Below are positions 13,640 through 27,100 of a DNA stretch of 64,000 nucleotides, one piece after another. The notes below the pieces were generated by a model, which was given only the letters and a program-made list of their open reading frames with translations, made no database searches and had not been told where the DNA came from. Location: assembly GCA_964057225.1 (NCBI GenBank), contig OZ059894.1:24180001-24244000 (forward strand). Reading direction: 5' to 3'. The stretch's first letter is position 1; every line of letters begins with the position of its first letter. The DNA comes from Auanema rhodensis (Eukaryota > Animalia > Nematoda). The translations under genes and the position numbers were made by a program.

Positions 13640-16600
13640 CGTGAACTTTAATTTATGCTAATTAAATGTACACGTGATGTGCACTTGGTATGTAATTCGC
13701 TTCACGTGAAAGATAAAGAGATGCGGTTTTCAAAATTAGATTCCCCATGTCCATATTAGTCTAAAAACAAATTTTTATTGATATTGGTTCATGGTAACCA
13801 TGACTTTGAAATTTACGTGAACTTTAATTTATGCTAATTAAATGTACACGTGATGTGCACTTGGTATGTAACTCGCTTCACGTGAAAGATGAAGAGATGC
13901 GGTTTTCAAAATTAAATTTCCCATGTCCATATTAGTCTAAAAACAAATTTTTATTGATATTGGTGCATGGTAACCATGACTTTGAAATTTACGTGAACTT
14001 TAATTTATGCTAATTAAATGTACACGTGATGTGCACTTGGTATGTAACTCGCTTCACGTGAAAGATAAAGAGATGCGGTTTTCAAAATTAGATTCCCCAT
14101 GTCCATATTAGTCTAAAAACAAATTTTTATTGATATTGGTTCATAGTAACCATGACTTTGAAATTTACGTGAACATTAATTTATGCTAATTAAATGTACA
14201 CGTGATGTGCACTTGGTATGTAACTCGCTTCACGTGAAAGATAAAGAGATGCGGTTTCCAAAATTAGATTCCCCATGTCCATATTAGTCTAAAAAAAAAT
14301 TTTTATTGATATTGGTTCATGGTAACCATGACTTTGAAATTTACGTGAACTTTAATTTATGCTAATTAAATGTACACGTGATGTGCACTTGGTATGTAAC
14401 TCGCTTCACGTGAAAGATAAAGAGATGCCGTTTTCAAAATTAGATTCCTCATGTCCATATTAGTCTAAAAACAAATTTTTATTGATATTGGTGCATGGTA
14501 ACCATGACTTTGAAATTTACGTGAACTTTAATTTATGCTAATTAAATGTACACGTGATGTGCACTTGGTATGTAACTCGCTTCACGTGAAAGATAAAGAG
14601 ATGAGGTTTTCAAAATTAGATTCCCCATGTCCATATTAGTCTAAAAACAAATTTTTATTGATATTGGTTCATGGTAACCATGACTTTGAAATTTACGTGA
14701 ACTTTAATTTATGCTAATTAAATGTACACGTGATGTGCACTTGGTATGTAACTTGCTTCACGTGAAAGATAAAGAGATGCGGTTTTCAAAATTAGATTCC
14801 CCATGTCCATATTAGTCTAAAAACAAATTTTTATTGATATTGGTTCATGGTAACCATGACTTTGAAATTTACGTGAACTTTAATTTATGCTAATTAAATG
14901 TACACGTGATGTGCACTTGGTATGTAACTCGCTTCACGTGAAAGATAAAGAGATGCGGTTTTCAAAATTAGATTCCCCATGTCCATATTAGTCTAAAAAC
15001 GAATTTTTATTGATATTGGTGCATGGTAACCATGACTTTGAAATTTACGTGAACTTTAGTTTATGCTAATTAAATGTACACGTGATGTGCACTTGGTATG
15101 TAACTCGCTTCACGTGAAAGATAAAGAGATGCGGTTTTCAAAATTAGATTCCCCATGTCCATATTAGTCTAAAAACAAATTTTTATTGATATTGGTGCAT
15201 GGTAACCATGACTTTGAAATTTACGTGAACTTTAATTTATGCTAATTAAATGTACACGTGATGTGCACTTGGTATGTAATTCGCTTCACGTGAAAGATAA
15301 AGAGATGCGGTTTTCAAAATTAGATTCCCCATGTCCATATTAGTCTAAAAACAAATTTTTATTGATATTGGTTCATGGTAACCATGACTTTGAAATTTAC
15401 GTGAACTTTAATTTATGCTAATTAAATGTACACGTGATGTGCACTTGGTATGTAACTCGCTTCACGTGAAAGATGAAGAGATGCGGTTTTCAAAATTAAA
15501 TTTCCCATGTCCATATTAGTCTAAAAACAAATTTTTATTGATATTGGTGCATGGTAACCATGACTTTGAAATTTACGTGAACTTTAATTTATGCTAATTA
15601 AATGTACACGTGATGTGCACTTGGTATGTAACTCGCTTCACGTGAAAGATAAAGAGATGCGGTTTTCAAAATTAGATTCCCCATGTCCATATTAGTCTAA
15701 AAACAAATTTTTATTGATATTGGTTCATAGTAACCATGACTTTGAAATTTACGTGAACATTAATTTATGCTAATTAAATGTACACGTGATGTGCACTTGG
15801 TATGTAACTCGCTTCACGTGAAAGATAAAGAGATGCGGTTTCCAAAATTAGATTCCCCATGTCCATATTAGTCTAAAAAAAAATTTTTATTGATATTGGT
15901 TCATGGTAACCATGACTTTGAAATTTACGTGAACTTTAATTTATGCTAATTAAATGTACACGTGATGTGCACTTGGTATGTAACTCGCTTCACGTGAAAG
16001 ATAAAGAGATGCCGTTTTCAAAATTAGATTCCTCATGTCCATATTAGTCTAAAAACAAATTTTTATTGATATTGGTGCATGGTAACCATGACTTTGAAAT
16101 TTACGTGAACTTTAATTTATGCTAATTAAATGTACACGTGATGTGCACTTGGTATGTAACTCGCTTCACGTGAAAGATAAAGAGATGAGGTTTTCAAAAT
16201 TAGATTCCCCATGTCCATATTAGTCTAAAAACAAATTTTTATTGATATTGGTTCATGGTAACCATGACTTTGAAATTTACGTGAACTTTAATTTATGCTA
16301 ATTAAATGTACACGTGATGTGCACTTGGTATGTAACTTGCTTCACGTGAAAGATAAAGAGATGCGGTTTTCAAAATTAGATTCCCCATGTCCATATTAGT
16401 CTAAAAACAAATTTTTATTGATATTGGTTCATGGTAACCATGACTTTGAAATTTACGTGAACTTTAATTTATGCTAATTAAATGTACACGTGATGTGCAC
16501 TTGGTATGTAACTCGCTTCACGTGAAAGATAAAGAGATGCGGTTTTCAAAATTAGATTCCCCATGTCCATATTAGTCTAAAAACGAATTTTTATTGATAT

Positions 16601-16780
16601 TGGTGCATGGTAACCATGACTTTGAAATTTACGTGAACTTTAGTTTATGCTAATTAAATGTACACGTGATGTGCACTTGGTATGTAACTCGCTTCACGTG
16701 AAAGATAAAGAGATGCGGTTTTCAAAATTAGATTCCCCATGTCCATATTAGTCTAAAAACAAATTTTTATTGATATTGGT
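13640..16780. repeat. Tandem duplication of a 9-monomer (1584-bp) block
   Basis: G65A 14145/15729, C172A 14604/16188, C146T 14754/16338 and A41G 15001/16585 are all 1584 bp apart. Confidence 0.9.
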
Positions 16781-17899
16781 TCATGGTAACCATGACTTTG
16801 AAATTTACGTGAACTTCAATTTATGCTAATTAAATGTACACGTGATGTGCACTTGGTATGTAACTCGCTTCACGTGAAAGATGAAGAGATGCGGTTTTCA
16901 AAATTAGATTCCCTATGTCCATATTAGTCTAAAAACAAATTTTTATTGATATTGGTTCATGGTAACCATGACTTTGAAATTTACGTGAACTTTAATTTAT
17001 GCTAATTAAATGTACACGTGATGTGCACTTGGTATGTAACTCGCTTCACGTGAAAGATAAAGAGATGCGGTTTTCAAAATTAGATTCCCCATGTCCATAT
17101 TAGTCTAAAAACAAATTTTTATTGATATTGGTGCATGGTAACCATGACTTTGAAATTTACGTGAACTTTAATTTATGCTAATTAAATGTACACGTGATGT
17201 GCACTTGGTATGTAACTCGCTTCACGTGAAAGATAAAAAGATGCGGTTTTCAAAATTAAATTTCCCATGTCCATATTAGTCTAAAAACAAATTTTTATTG
17301 ATATTGGTGCATGGTAACCATGACTTTGAAATTTACTTGAACTTTAATTTATGCTAATTAAATGTACACGTGATGTGCACTTGGTATGTAACTCGCTTCA
17401 CGTGAAAGATAAAGAGATGCGGTTTTCAAAATTAGATTCCCCATGTCCATATTAGTCTAAAAACAAATTTTTATTGATATTGGTTCATGGTAACCATGAC
17501 TTTGAAATTTACGTGAACTTTAATTTATGCTAATTAAATGTACACGTGATGTGCACTTGGTATGTAACTCGCTTCACGTGAAAGATAAAGAGATGCGGTT
17601 TCCAAAATTAGATTCCCCATGTCCATATTAGTCTAAAAACAAATTTTTATTGATATTGGTGCATGGTAACCATGACTTTGAAATTTACGTGAATTTTAAT
17701 TTATGCTAATTAAATGTACACGTGATGTGCACTTGGTATGTAACTAGCTTCACGTGAAAGATAAAGAGATGCGGTTTTCAAAACTAGATTCCCCATGTCC
17801 ATATTAGTCTAAAAACAAATTTTTATTGATATTGGTGCATGGTAACCATGACTTTGAAATTTACGTGAACTTCAATTTATGCTAATTAAATGTACACGT

Positions 17900-20800
17900 G
17901 ATGTGCACTTGGTATGTAACTCGCTTCACGTGAAAGATAAAGAGATGCGGTTTTCAAAATTAGATTCCCCATGTCCATATTAGTCTAAAAACAAATTTCT
18001 ATTGATATTGGTGCATGGTAACCATGACTTTGAAATATACGTGAACTTTAATTTATGCTAATTAAATGTACACGTGATGTGCACTTGGTATGTAATTCGC
18101 TTCACGTGAAAGATAAAGAGATGCGGTTTTCAAAATTAGATTCCCCATGTCCATATTAGTCTAAAAACAAATTTTTATTGATATTGGTTCATGGTAACCA
18201 TGACTTTGAAATTTACGTGAACTTTAATTTATGCTAATTAAATGTACACGTGATGTGCACTTGGTATGTAACTCGCTTCACGTGAAAGATAAAGAGATGC
18301 GGTTTTCAAAATTAGATTCCCCATGTCCATATTAGTCTAAAAACAAATTTTTATTGATATTGGTGCATGGTAACCATGACTTTGAAATTTACGTGAACTT
18401 TAATTTATGCTAATTAAATGTACACGTGATGTGCACTTGGTATGTAACTCGCTTCACGTGAAAGATAAAGAGATGCGGTTTTCAAAATTAAATTTCCCAT
18501 GTCCATATTAGTCTAAAAACAAATTTTTATTGATATTGGTGCATGGTAACCATGACTTTGAAATTTACGTGAACTTTAATTTATGCTAATTAAATGTACA
18601 CGTGATGTGCACTTGGTCTGTAACTCGCTTCACGTGAAAGATAAAGAGATGCCGTTTTCAAAATTAGATTCCTCATGTCCATATTAGTCTAAAAACAAAT
18701 TTTTATTGATATTGGTGCATGGTAACCATGACTTTGAAATTTACGTGAACTTTAATTTATGCTAATTAAATGTACACGTGATGTGCACTTGGTATGTAAC
18801 TCGCTTCACGTGAAAGATAAAGAGATGCCGTTTTCAAAATTAGATTCCTCATGTCCATATTAGTCTAAAAACAAATTTTTATTGATATTGGTGCATGGTA
18901 ACCATGACTTTGAAATTTACGTGAACTTTAATTTATGCTAATTAAATGTACACGTGATGTGCACTTGGTATGTAACTCGCTTCACGTGAAAGATAAAGAG
19001 ATGCGGTTTTCAAAATTAGATTCCCCATGTCCATATTAGTCTAAAAACAAATTTTTATTGATATTGGTTCATGGTAACCATGACTTTGAAATTTACGTGA
19101 ACTTTAATTTATGCTAATTAAATGTACACGTGATGTGCACTTGGTATGTAACTCGCTTCACGTGAAAGATAAAGAGATGCCGTTTTCAAAATTAGATTCC
19201 TCATGTCCATATTAGTCTAAAAACAAATTTTTATTGATATTGGTGCATGGTAACCATGACTTTGAAATTTACGTGAACTTTAATTTATGCTAATTAAATG
19301 TACACGTGATGTGCACTTGGTATGTAACTCGCTTCACGTGAAAGATAAAGAGATGCGGTTTTCAAAATTAGATTCCCCATGTCCATATTAGTCTAAAAAC
19401 AAATTTTTATTGATATTGGTTCATGGTAACCATGACTTTGAAATTTACGTGAACTTTAATTTATGCTAATTAAATGTACACGTGATGTGCACTTGGTATG
19501 TAACTCGCTTCACGTGAAAGATAAAGAGATGCGGTTTTCAAAATTAGATTCCCCATGTCCATATTAGTCTAAAAACAAATTTCTATTGATATTGGTGCAT
19601 GGTAACCATGACTTTGAAATATACGTGAACTTTAATTTATGCTAATTAAATGTACACGTGATGTGCACTTGGTATGTAATTCGCTTCACGTGAAAGATAA
19701 AGAGATGCGGTTTTCAAAATTAGATTCCCCATGTCCATATTAGTCTAAAAACAAATTTTTATTGATATTGGTTCATGGTAACCATGACTTTGAAATTTAC
19801 GTGAACTTTAATTTATGCTAATTAAATGTACACGTGATGTGCACTTGGTATGTAACTCGCTTCACGTGAAAGATAAAGAGATGCGGTTTTCAAAATTAGA
19901 TTCCCCATGTCCATATTAGTCTAAAAACAAATTTTTATTGATATTGGTGCATGGTAACCATGACTTTGAAATTTACGTGAACTTTAATTTATGCTAATTA
20001 AATGTACACGTGATGTGCACTTGGTATGTAACTCGCTTCACGTGAAAGATAAAGAGATGCGGTTTTCAAAATTAAATTTCCCATGTCCATATTAGTCTAA
20101 AAACAAATTTTTATTGATATTGGTGCATGGTAACCATGACTTTGAAATTTACGTGAACTTTAATTTATGCTAATTAAATGTACACGTGATGTGCACTTGG
20201 TCTGTAACTCGCTTCACGTGAAAGATAAAGAGATGCCGTTTTCAAAATTAGATTCCTCATGTCCATATTAGTCTAAAAACAAATTTTTATTGATATTGGT
20301 GCATGGTAACCATGACTTTGAAATTTACGTGAACTTTAATTTATGCTAATTAAATGTACACGTGATGTGCACTTGGTATGTAACTCGCTTCACGTGAAAG
20401 ATAAAGAGATGCCGTTTTCAAAATTAGATTCCTCATGTCCATATTAGTCTAAAAACAAATTTTTATTGATATTGGTGCATGGTAACCATGACTTTGAAAT
20501 TTACGTGAACTTTAATTTATGCTAATTAAATGTACACGTGATGTGCACTTGGTATGTAACTCGCTTCACGTGAAAGATAAAGAGATGCGGTTTTCAAAAT
20601 TAGATTCCCCATGTCCATATTAGTCTAAAAACAAATTTTTATTGATATTGGTTCATGGTAACCATGACTTTGAAATTTACGTGAACTTTAATTTATGCTA
20701 ATTAAATGTACACGTGATGTGCACTTGGTATGTAACTCGCTTCACGTGAAAGATAAAGAGATGCCGTTTTCAAAATTAGATTCCTCATGTCCATATTAGT

Positions 20801-21120
20801 CTAAAAACAAATTTTTATTGATATTGGTGCATGGTAACCATGACTTTGAAATTTACGTGAACTTTAATTTATGCTAATTAAATGTACACGTGATGTGCAC
20901 TTGGTATGTAACTCGCTTCACGTGAAAGATAAAGAGATGCGGTTTTCAAAATTAGATTCCCCATGTCCATATTAGTCTAAAAACAAATTTTTATTGATAT
21001 TGGTTCATGGTAACCATGACTTTGAAATTTACGTGAACTTTAATTTATGCTAATTAAATGTACACGTGATGTGCACTTGGTATGTAACTCGCTTCACGTG
21101 AAAGATAAAGAGATGCGGTT
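17900..21120. repeat. Tandem duplication of a second, different 9-monomer (1584-bp) block
   Basis: Private variants T85A 18037/19621 and A138C 18618/20202 are both 1584 bp apart. Confidence 0.9.
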
Positions 21121-24100
21121 TTCAAAATTAGATTCCCCATGTCCATATTAGTCTAAAAACGAATTTTTATTGATATTGGTGCATGGTAACCATGACTTTG
21201 AAATTTACGTGAACTTTAGTTTATGCTAATTAAATGTACACGTGATGTGCACTTGGTATGTAACTCGCTTCACGTGAAAGATAAAGAGATGCGGTTTTCA
21301 AAATTAGATTCCCCATGTCCATATTAGTCTAAAAACAAATTTTTATTGATATTGGTTCATGGTAACCATGACTTTGAAATTTACGTGAACTTCAATTTAT
21401 GCTAATTAAATGTACACGTGATGTGCACTTGGTATGTAACTCGCTTCACGTGAAAGATGAAGAGATGCGGTTTTCAAAATTAGATTCCCTATGTCCATAT
21501 TAGTCTAAAAACAAATTTTTATTGATATTGGTTCATGGTAACCATGACTTTGAAATTTACGTGAACTTTAATTTATGCTAATTAAATGTACACGTGATGT
21601 GCACTTGGTATGTAACTCGTTTCACGTGAAAGATAAAGAGATGCGGTTTTCAAAATTAGATTCCCCATGTCCATATTAGTCTAAAAACAAATTTTTATTG
21701 ATATTGGTGCATGGTAACCATGACTTTGAAATTTACGTGAACTTTAATTTATGCTAATTAAATGTACACGTGATGTGCACTTGGTATGTAACTCGCTTCA
21801 CGTGAAAGATAAAAAGATGCGGTTTTCAAAATTAAATTTCCCATGTCCATATTAGTCTAAAAACAAATTTTTATTGATATTGGTGCATGGTAACCATGAC
21901 TTTGAAATTTACGTGAACTTTAATTTATGCTAATTAAATGTACACGTGATGTGCACTTGGTATGTAACTCGCTTCACGTGAAAGATAAAGAGATGCGGTT
22001 TTCAAAATTAGATTCCCCATGTCCATATTAGTCTAAAAACAAATTTTTATTGATATTGGTTCATGGTAACCATGACTTTGAAATTTACGTGAACTTTAAT
22101 TTATGCTAATTAAATGTACACGTGATGTGCACTTGGTATGTAACTCGCTTCACGTGAAAGATAAAGAGATGCGGTTTCCAAAATTAGATTCCCCATGTCC
22201 ATATTAGTCTAAAAACAAATTTTTATTGATATTGGTGCATGGTAACCATGACTTTGAAATTTACGTGAATTTTAATTTATGCTAATTAAATGTACACGTG
22301 ATGTGCACTTGGTATGTAACTAGCTTCACGTGAAAGATAAAGAGATGCGGTTTTCAAAATTAGATTCCCCATGTCCATATTAGTCTAAAAACAAATTTTT
22401 ATTGATATTGGTGCATGGTAACCATGACTTTGAAATTTACGTGAACTTCAATTTATGCTAATTAAATGTACACGTGATGTGCACTTGGTATGTAACTCGC
22501 TTCACGTGAAAGATAAAGAGATGCCGTTTTCAAAATTAGATTCCTCATGTCCATATTAGTCTAAAAACAAATTTTTATTGATATTGGTTCATGGTAACCA
22601 TGACTTTGAAATTTACGTGAACCTTAATTTATGCTAATTAAATGTACACGTGATGTGCACTTGGTATGTAACTCGCTTCACGTGAAAGATAAAGAGATGC
22701 CGTTTTCAAAATTAGATTCCTCATGTCCATATTAGTCTAAAAACAAATTTTTATTGATATTGGTGCATGGTAACCATGAATTTGAAATTTACGTGAACTT
22801 TAATTTATGCTAATTAAATGTACACGTGATGTGCACTTGGTATGTAACTCGCTTCACGTGAAAGATAAAGAGATGCGGTTTTCAAAATTAGATTCCCCAT
22901 GTCCATATTAGTCTAAAAACAAATTTTTATTGATATTGGTTCATGGTAACCATGACTTTGAAATTTACGTGAACTTTAATTTATGCTAATTAAATGTACA
23001 CGTGATGTGCACTTGGTATGTAACTCGCTTCACGTGAAAGATAAAGAGATGCCGTTTTCAAAATTAGATTCCTCATGTCCATATTAGTCTAAAAACAAAT
23101 TTTTATTGATATTGGTGCATGGTAACCATGACTTTGAAATTTACGTGAACTTTAATTTATGCTAATTAAATGTACACGTGATGTGCACTTGGTATGTAAC
23201 TCGCTTCACGTGAAAGATAAAGAGATGCGGTTTTCAAAATTAGATTCCCCATGTCCATATTAGTCTAAAAACAAATTTTTATTGATATTGGTTCATGGTA
23301 ACCATGACTTTGAAATTTACGTGAACTTTAATTTATGCTAATTAAATGTACACGTGATGTGCACTTGGTATGTAACTCGCTTCACGTGAAAGATAAAGAG
23401 ATGCGGTTTTCAAAATTAGATTCCCCATGTCCATATTAGTCTAAAAACAAATTTTTATTGATATTGGTTCATGGTAACCATGACTTTGAAATTTACGTGA
23501 ACTTCAATTTATGCTAATTAAATGTACACGTGATGTGCACTTGGTATGTAACTCGCTTCACGTGAAAGATGAAGAGATGCGGTTTTCAAAATTAGATTCC
23601 CTATGTCCATATTAGTCTAAAAACAAATTTTTATTGATATTGGTTCATGGTAACCATGACTTTGAAATTTACGTGAACTTTAATTTATGCTAATTAAATG
23701 TACACGTGATGTGCACTTGGTATGTAACTCGCTTCACGTGAAAGATAAAGAGATGCGGTTTTCAAAATTAGATTCCCCATGTCCATATTAGTCTAAAAAC
23801 AAATTTCTATTGATATTGGTGCATGGTAACCATGACTTTGAAATTTACGTGAACTTTAATTTATGCTAATTAAATGTACACGTGATGTGCACTTGGTATG
23901 TAACTCGCTTCACGTGAAAGATAAAAAGATGCGGTTTTCAAAATTAAATTTCCCATGTCCATATTAGTCTAAAAAAAAATTTTTATTGATATTGGTGCAT
24001 GGTAACCATGACTTTGAAATTTACGTGAACTTTAATTTATGCTAATTAAATGTACACGTGATGTGCACTTGGTATGTAATTCGCTTCACGTGAAAGATAA

Positions 24101-27100
24101 AGAGATGCGGTTTTCAAAATTAGATTCCCCATGTCCATATTAGTCTAAAAACAAATTTTTATTGATATTGGTTCATGGTAACCATGACTTTGAAATTTAC
24201 GTGAACTTTAATTTATGCTAATTAAATGTACACGTGATGTGCACTTGGTATGTAACTCGCTTCACGTGAAAGATAAAGAGATGCGGTTTTCAAAATTAGA
24301 TTCCCCATGTCCATATTAGTCTAAAAACAAATTTTTATTGATATTGGTGCATGGTAACCATGACTTTGAAATTTACGTGAACTTTAATTTATGCTAATTA
24401 AATGTACACGTGATGTGCACTTGGTATGTAACTCGCTTCACGTGAAAGATAAAGAGATGCGGTTTTCAAAATTAAATTTCCCATGTCCATATTAGTCTAA
24501 AAACAAATTTTTATTGATATTGGTGCATGGTAACCATGACTTTGAAATTTACGTGAACTTTAATTTATGCTAATTAAATGTACACGTGATGTGCACTTGG
24601 TATGTAACTCGCTTCACGTGAAAGATAAAGAGATGCGGTTTTCAAAATTAGATTCCCCATGTCCATATTAGTCTAAAAACAAATTTTTATTGATATTGGT
24701 TCATGGTAACCATGACTTTGAAATTTACGTGAACTTTAATTTATGCTAATTAAATGTACACGTGATGTGCACTTGGTATGTAACTCGCTTCACGTGAAAG
24801 ATAAAGAGATGCGGTTTCCAAAATTAGATTCCCCATGTCCATATTAGTCTAAAAAAAAATTTTTATTGATATTGGTTCATGGTAACCATGACTTTGAAAT
24901 TTACGTGAACTTTAATTTATGCTAATTAAATGTACACGTGATGTGCACTTGGTATGTAACTCGCTTCACGTGAAAGATAATGAGATGCCGTTTTCAAAAT
25001 TAGATTCCTCATGTCCATATTAGTCTAAAAACAAATTTTTATTGATATTGGTGCATGGTAACCATGACTTTGAAATTTACGTGAACTTTAATTTATGCTA
25101 ATTAAATGTACACGTGATGTGCACTTGGTATGTAACTCGCTTCACGTGAAAGATAAAGAGATGCCGTTTTCAAAATTAGATTCCTCATGTCCATATTAGT
25201 CTAAAAACAAATTTTTATTGATATTGGTGCATGGTAACCATGACTTTGAAATTTACGTGAACTTTAATTTATGCTAATTAAATGTACACGTGATGTGCAC
25301 TTGGTATGTAACTCGCTTCACGTGAAAGATAAAGAGATGCGGTTTTCAAAATTAGATTCCCCATGTCCATATTAGTCTAAAAACAAATTTTTATTGATAT
25401 TGGTTCATGGTAACCATGACTTTGAAATTTACGTGAACTTTAATTTATGCTAATTAAATGTACACGTGATGTGCACTTGGTATGTAACTCGCTTCACGTG
25501 AAAGATAAAGAGATGCCGTTTTCAAAATTAGATTCCTCATGTCCATATTAGTCTAAAAACAAATTTTTATTGATATTGGTGCATGGTAACCATGACTTTG
25601 AAATTTACGTGAACTTTAATTTATGCTAATTAAATGTACACGTGATGTGCACTTGGTATGTAACTCGCTTCACGTGAAAGATAAAGAGATGCGGTTTTCA
25701 AAATTAGATTCCCCATGTCCATATTAGTCTAAAAACAAATTTTTATTGATATTGGTTCATGGTAACCATGACTTTGAAATTTACGTGAACTTTAATTTAT
25801 GCTAATTAAATGTACACGTGATGTGCACTTGGTATGTAACTCGCTTCACGTGAAAGATAAAGAGATGCGGTTTTCAAAATTAGATTCCCCATGTCCATAT
25901 TAGTCTAAAAACAAATTTTTATTGATATTGGTTCATGGTAACCATGACTTTGAAATTTACGTGAACTTTAATTTATGCTAATTAAATGTACACGTGATGT
26001 GCACTTGGTATGTAACTCGCTTCACGTGAAAGATAAAGAGATGCGGTTTTCAAAATTAGATTCCCCATGTCCATATTAGTCTAAAAACAAATTTTTATTG
26101 ATATTGGTGCATGGTAACCATGACTTTGAAATTTACGTGAACTTTAATTTATGCTAATTAAATGTACACGTGATGTGCACTTGGTATGTAACTCGCTTCA
26201 CGTGAAAGATAAAGAGATGCGGTTTTCAAAATTAGATTCCCCATGTCCATATTAGTCTAAAAACAAATTTTTATTGATATTGGTTCATGGTAACCATGAC
26301 TTTGAAATTTACGTGAACTTCAATTTATGCTAATTAAATGTACACGTGATGTGCACTTGGTATGTAACTCGCTTCACGTGAAAGATGAAGAGATGCGGTT
26401 TTCAAAATTAGATTCCCTATGTCCATATTAGTCTAAAAACAAATTTTTATTGATATTGGTTCATGGTAACCATGACTTTGAAATTTACGTGAACTTTAAT
26501 TTATGCTAATTAAATGTACACGTGATGTGCACTTGGTATGTAACTCGCTTCACGTGAAAGATAAAGAGATGCGGTTTTCAAAATTAGATTCCCCATGTCC
26601 ATATTAGTCTAAAAACAAATTTCTATTGATATTGGTGCATGGTAACCATGACTTTGAAATTTACGTGAACTTTAATTTATGCTAATTAAATGTACACGTG
26701 ATGTGCACTTGGTATATAACTCGCTTCACGTGAAAGATAAAAAGATGCGGTTTTCAAAATTAAATTTCCCATGTCCATATTAGTCTAAAAAAAAATTTTT
26801 ATTGATATTGGTGCATGGTAACCATGACTTTGAAATTTACGTGAACTTTAATTTATGCTAATTAAATGTACACGTGATGTGCACTTGGTATGTAACTCGC
26901 TTCACGTGAAAGATAAAGAGATGCGGTTTTCAAAATTAGATTCCCCATGTCCATATTAGTCTAAAAACAAATTTCTATTGATATTGGTGCATGGTAACCA
27001 TGACTTTGAAATTTACGTGAACTTTAATTTATGCTAATTAAATGTACACGTGATGTGCACTTGGTATATAACTCGCTTCACGTGAAAGATAAAAAGATGC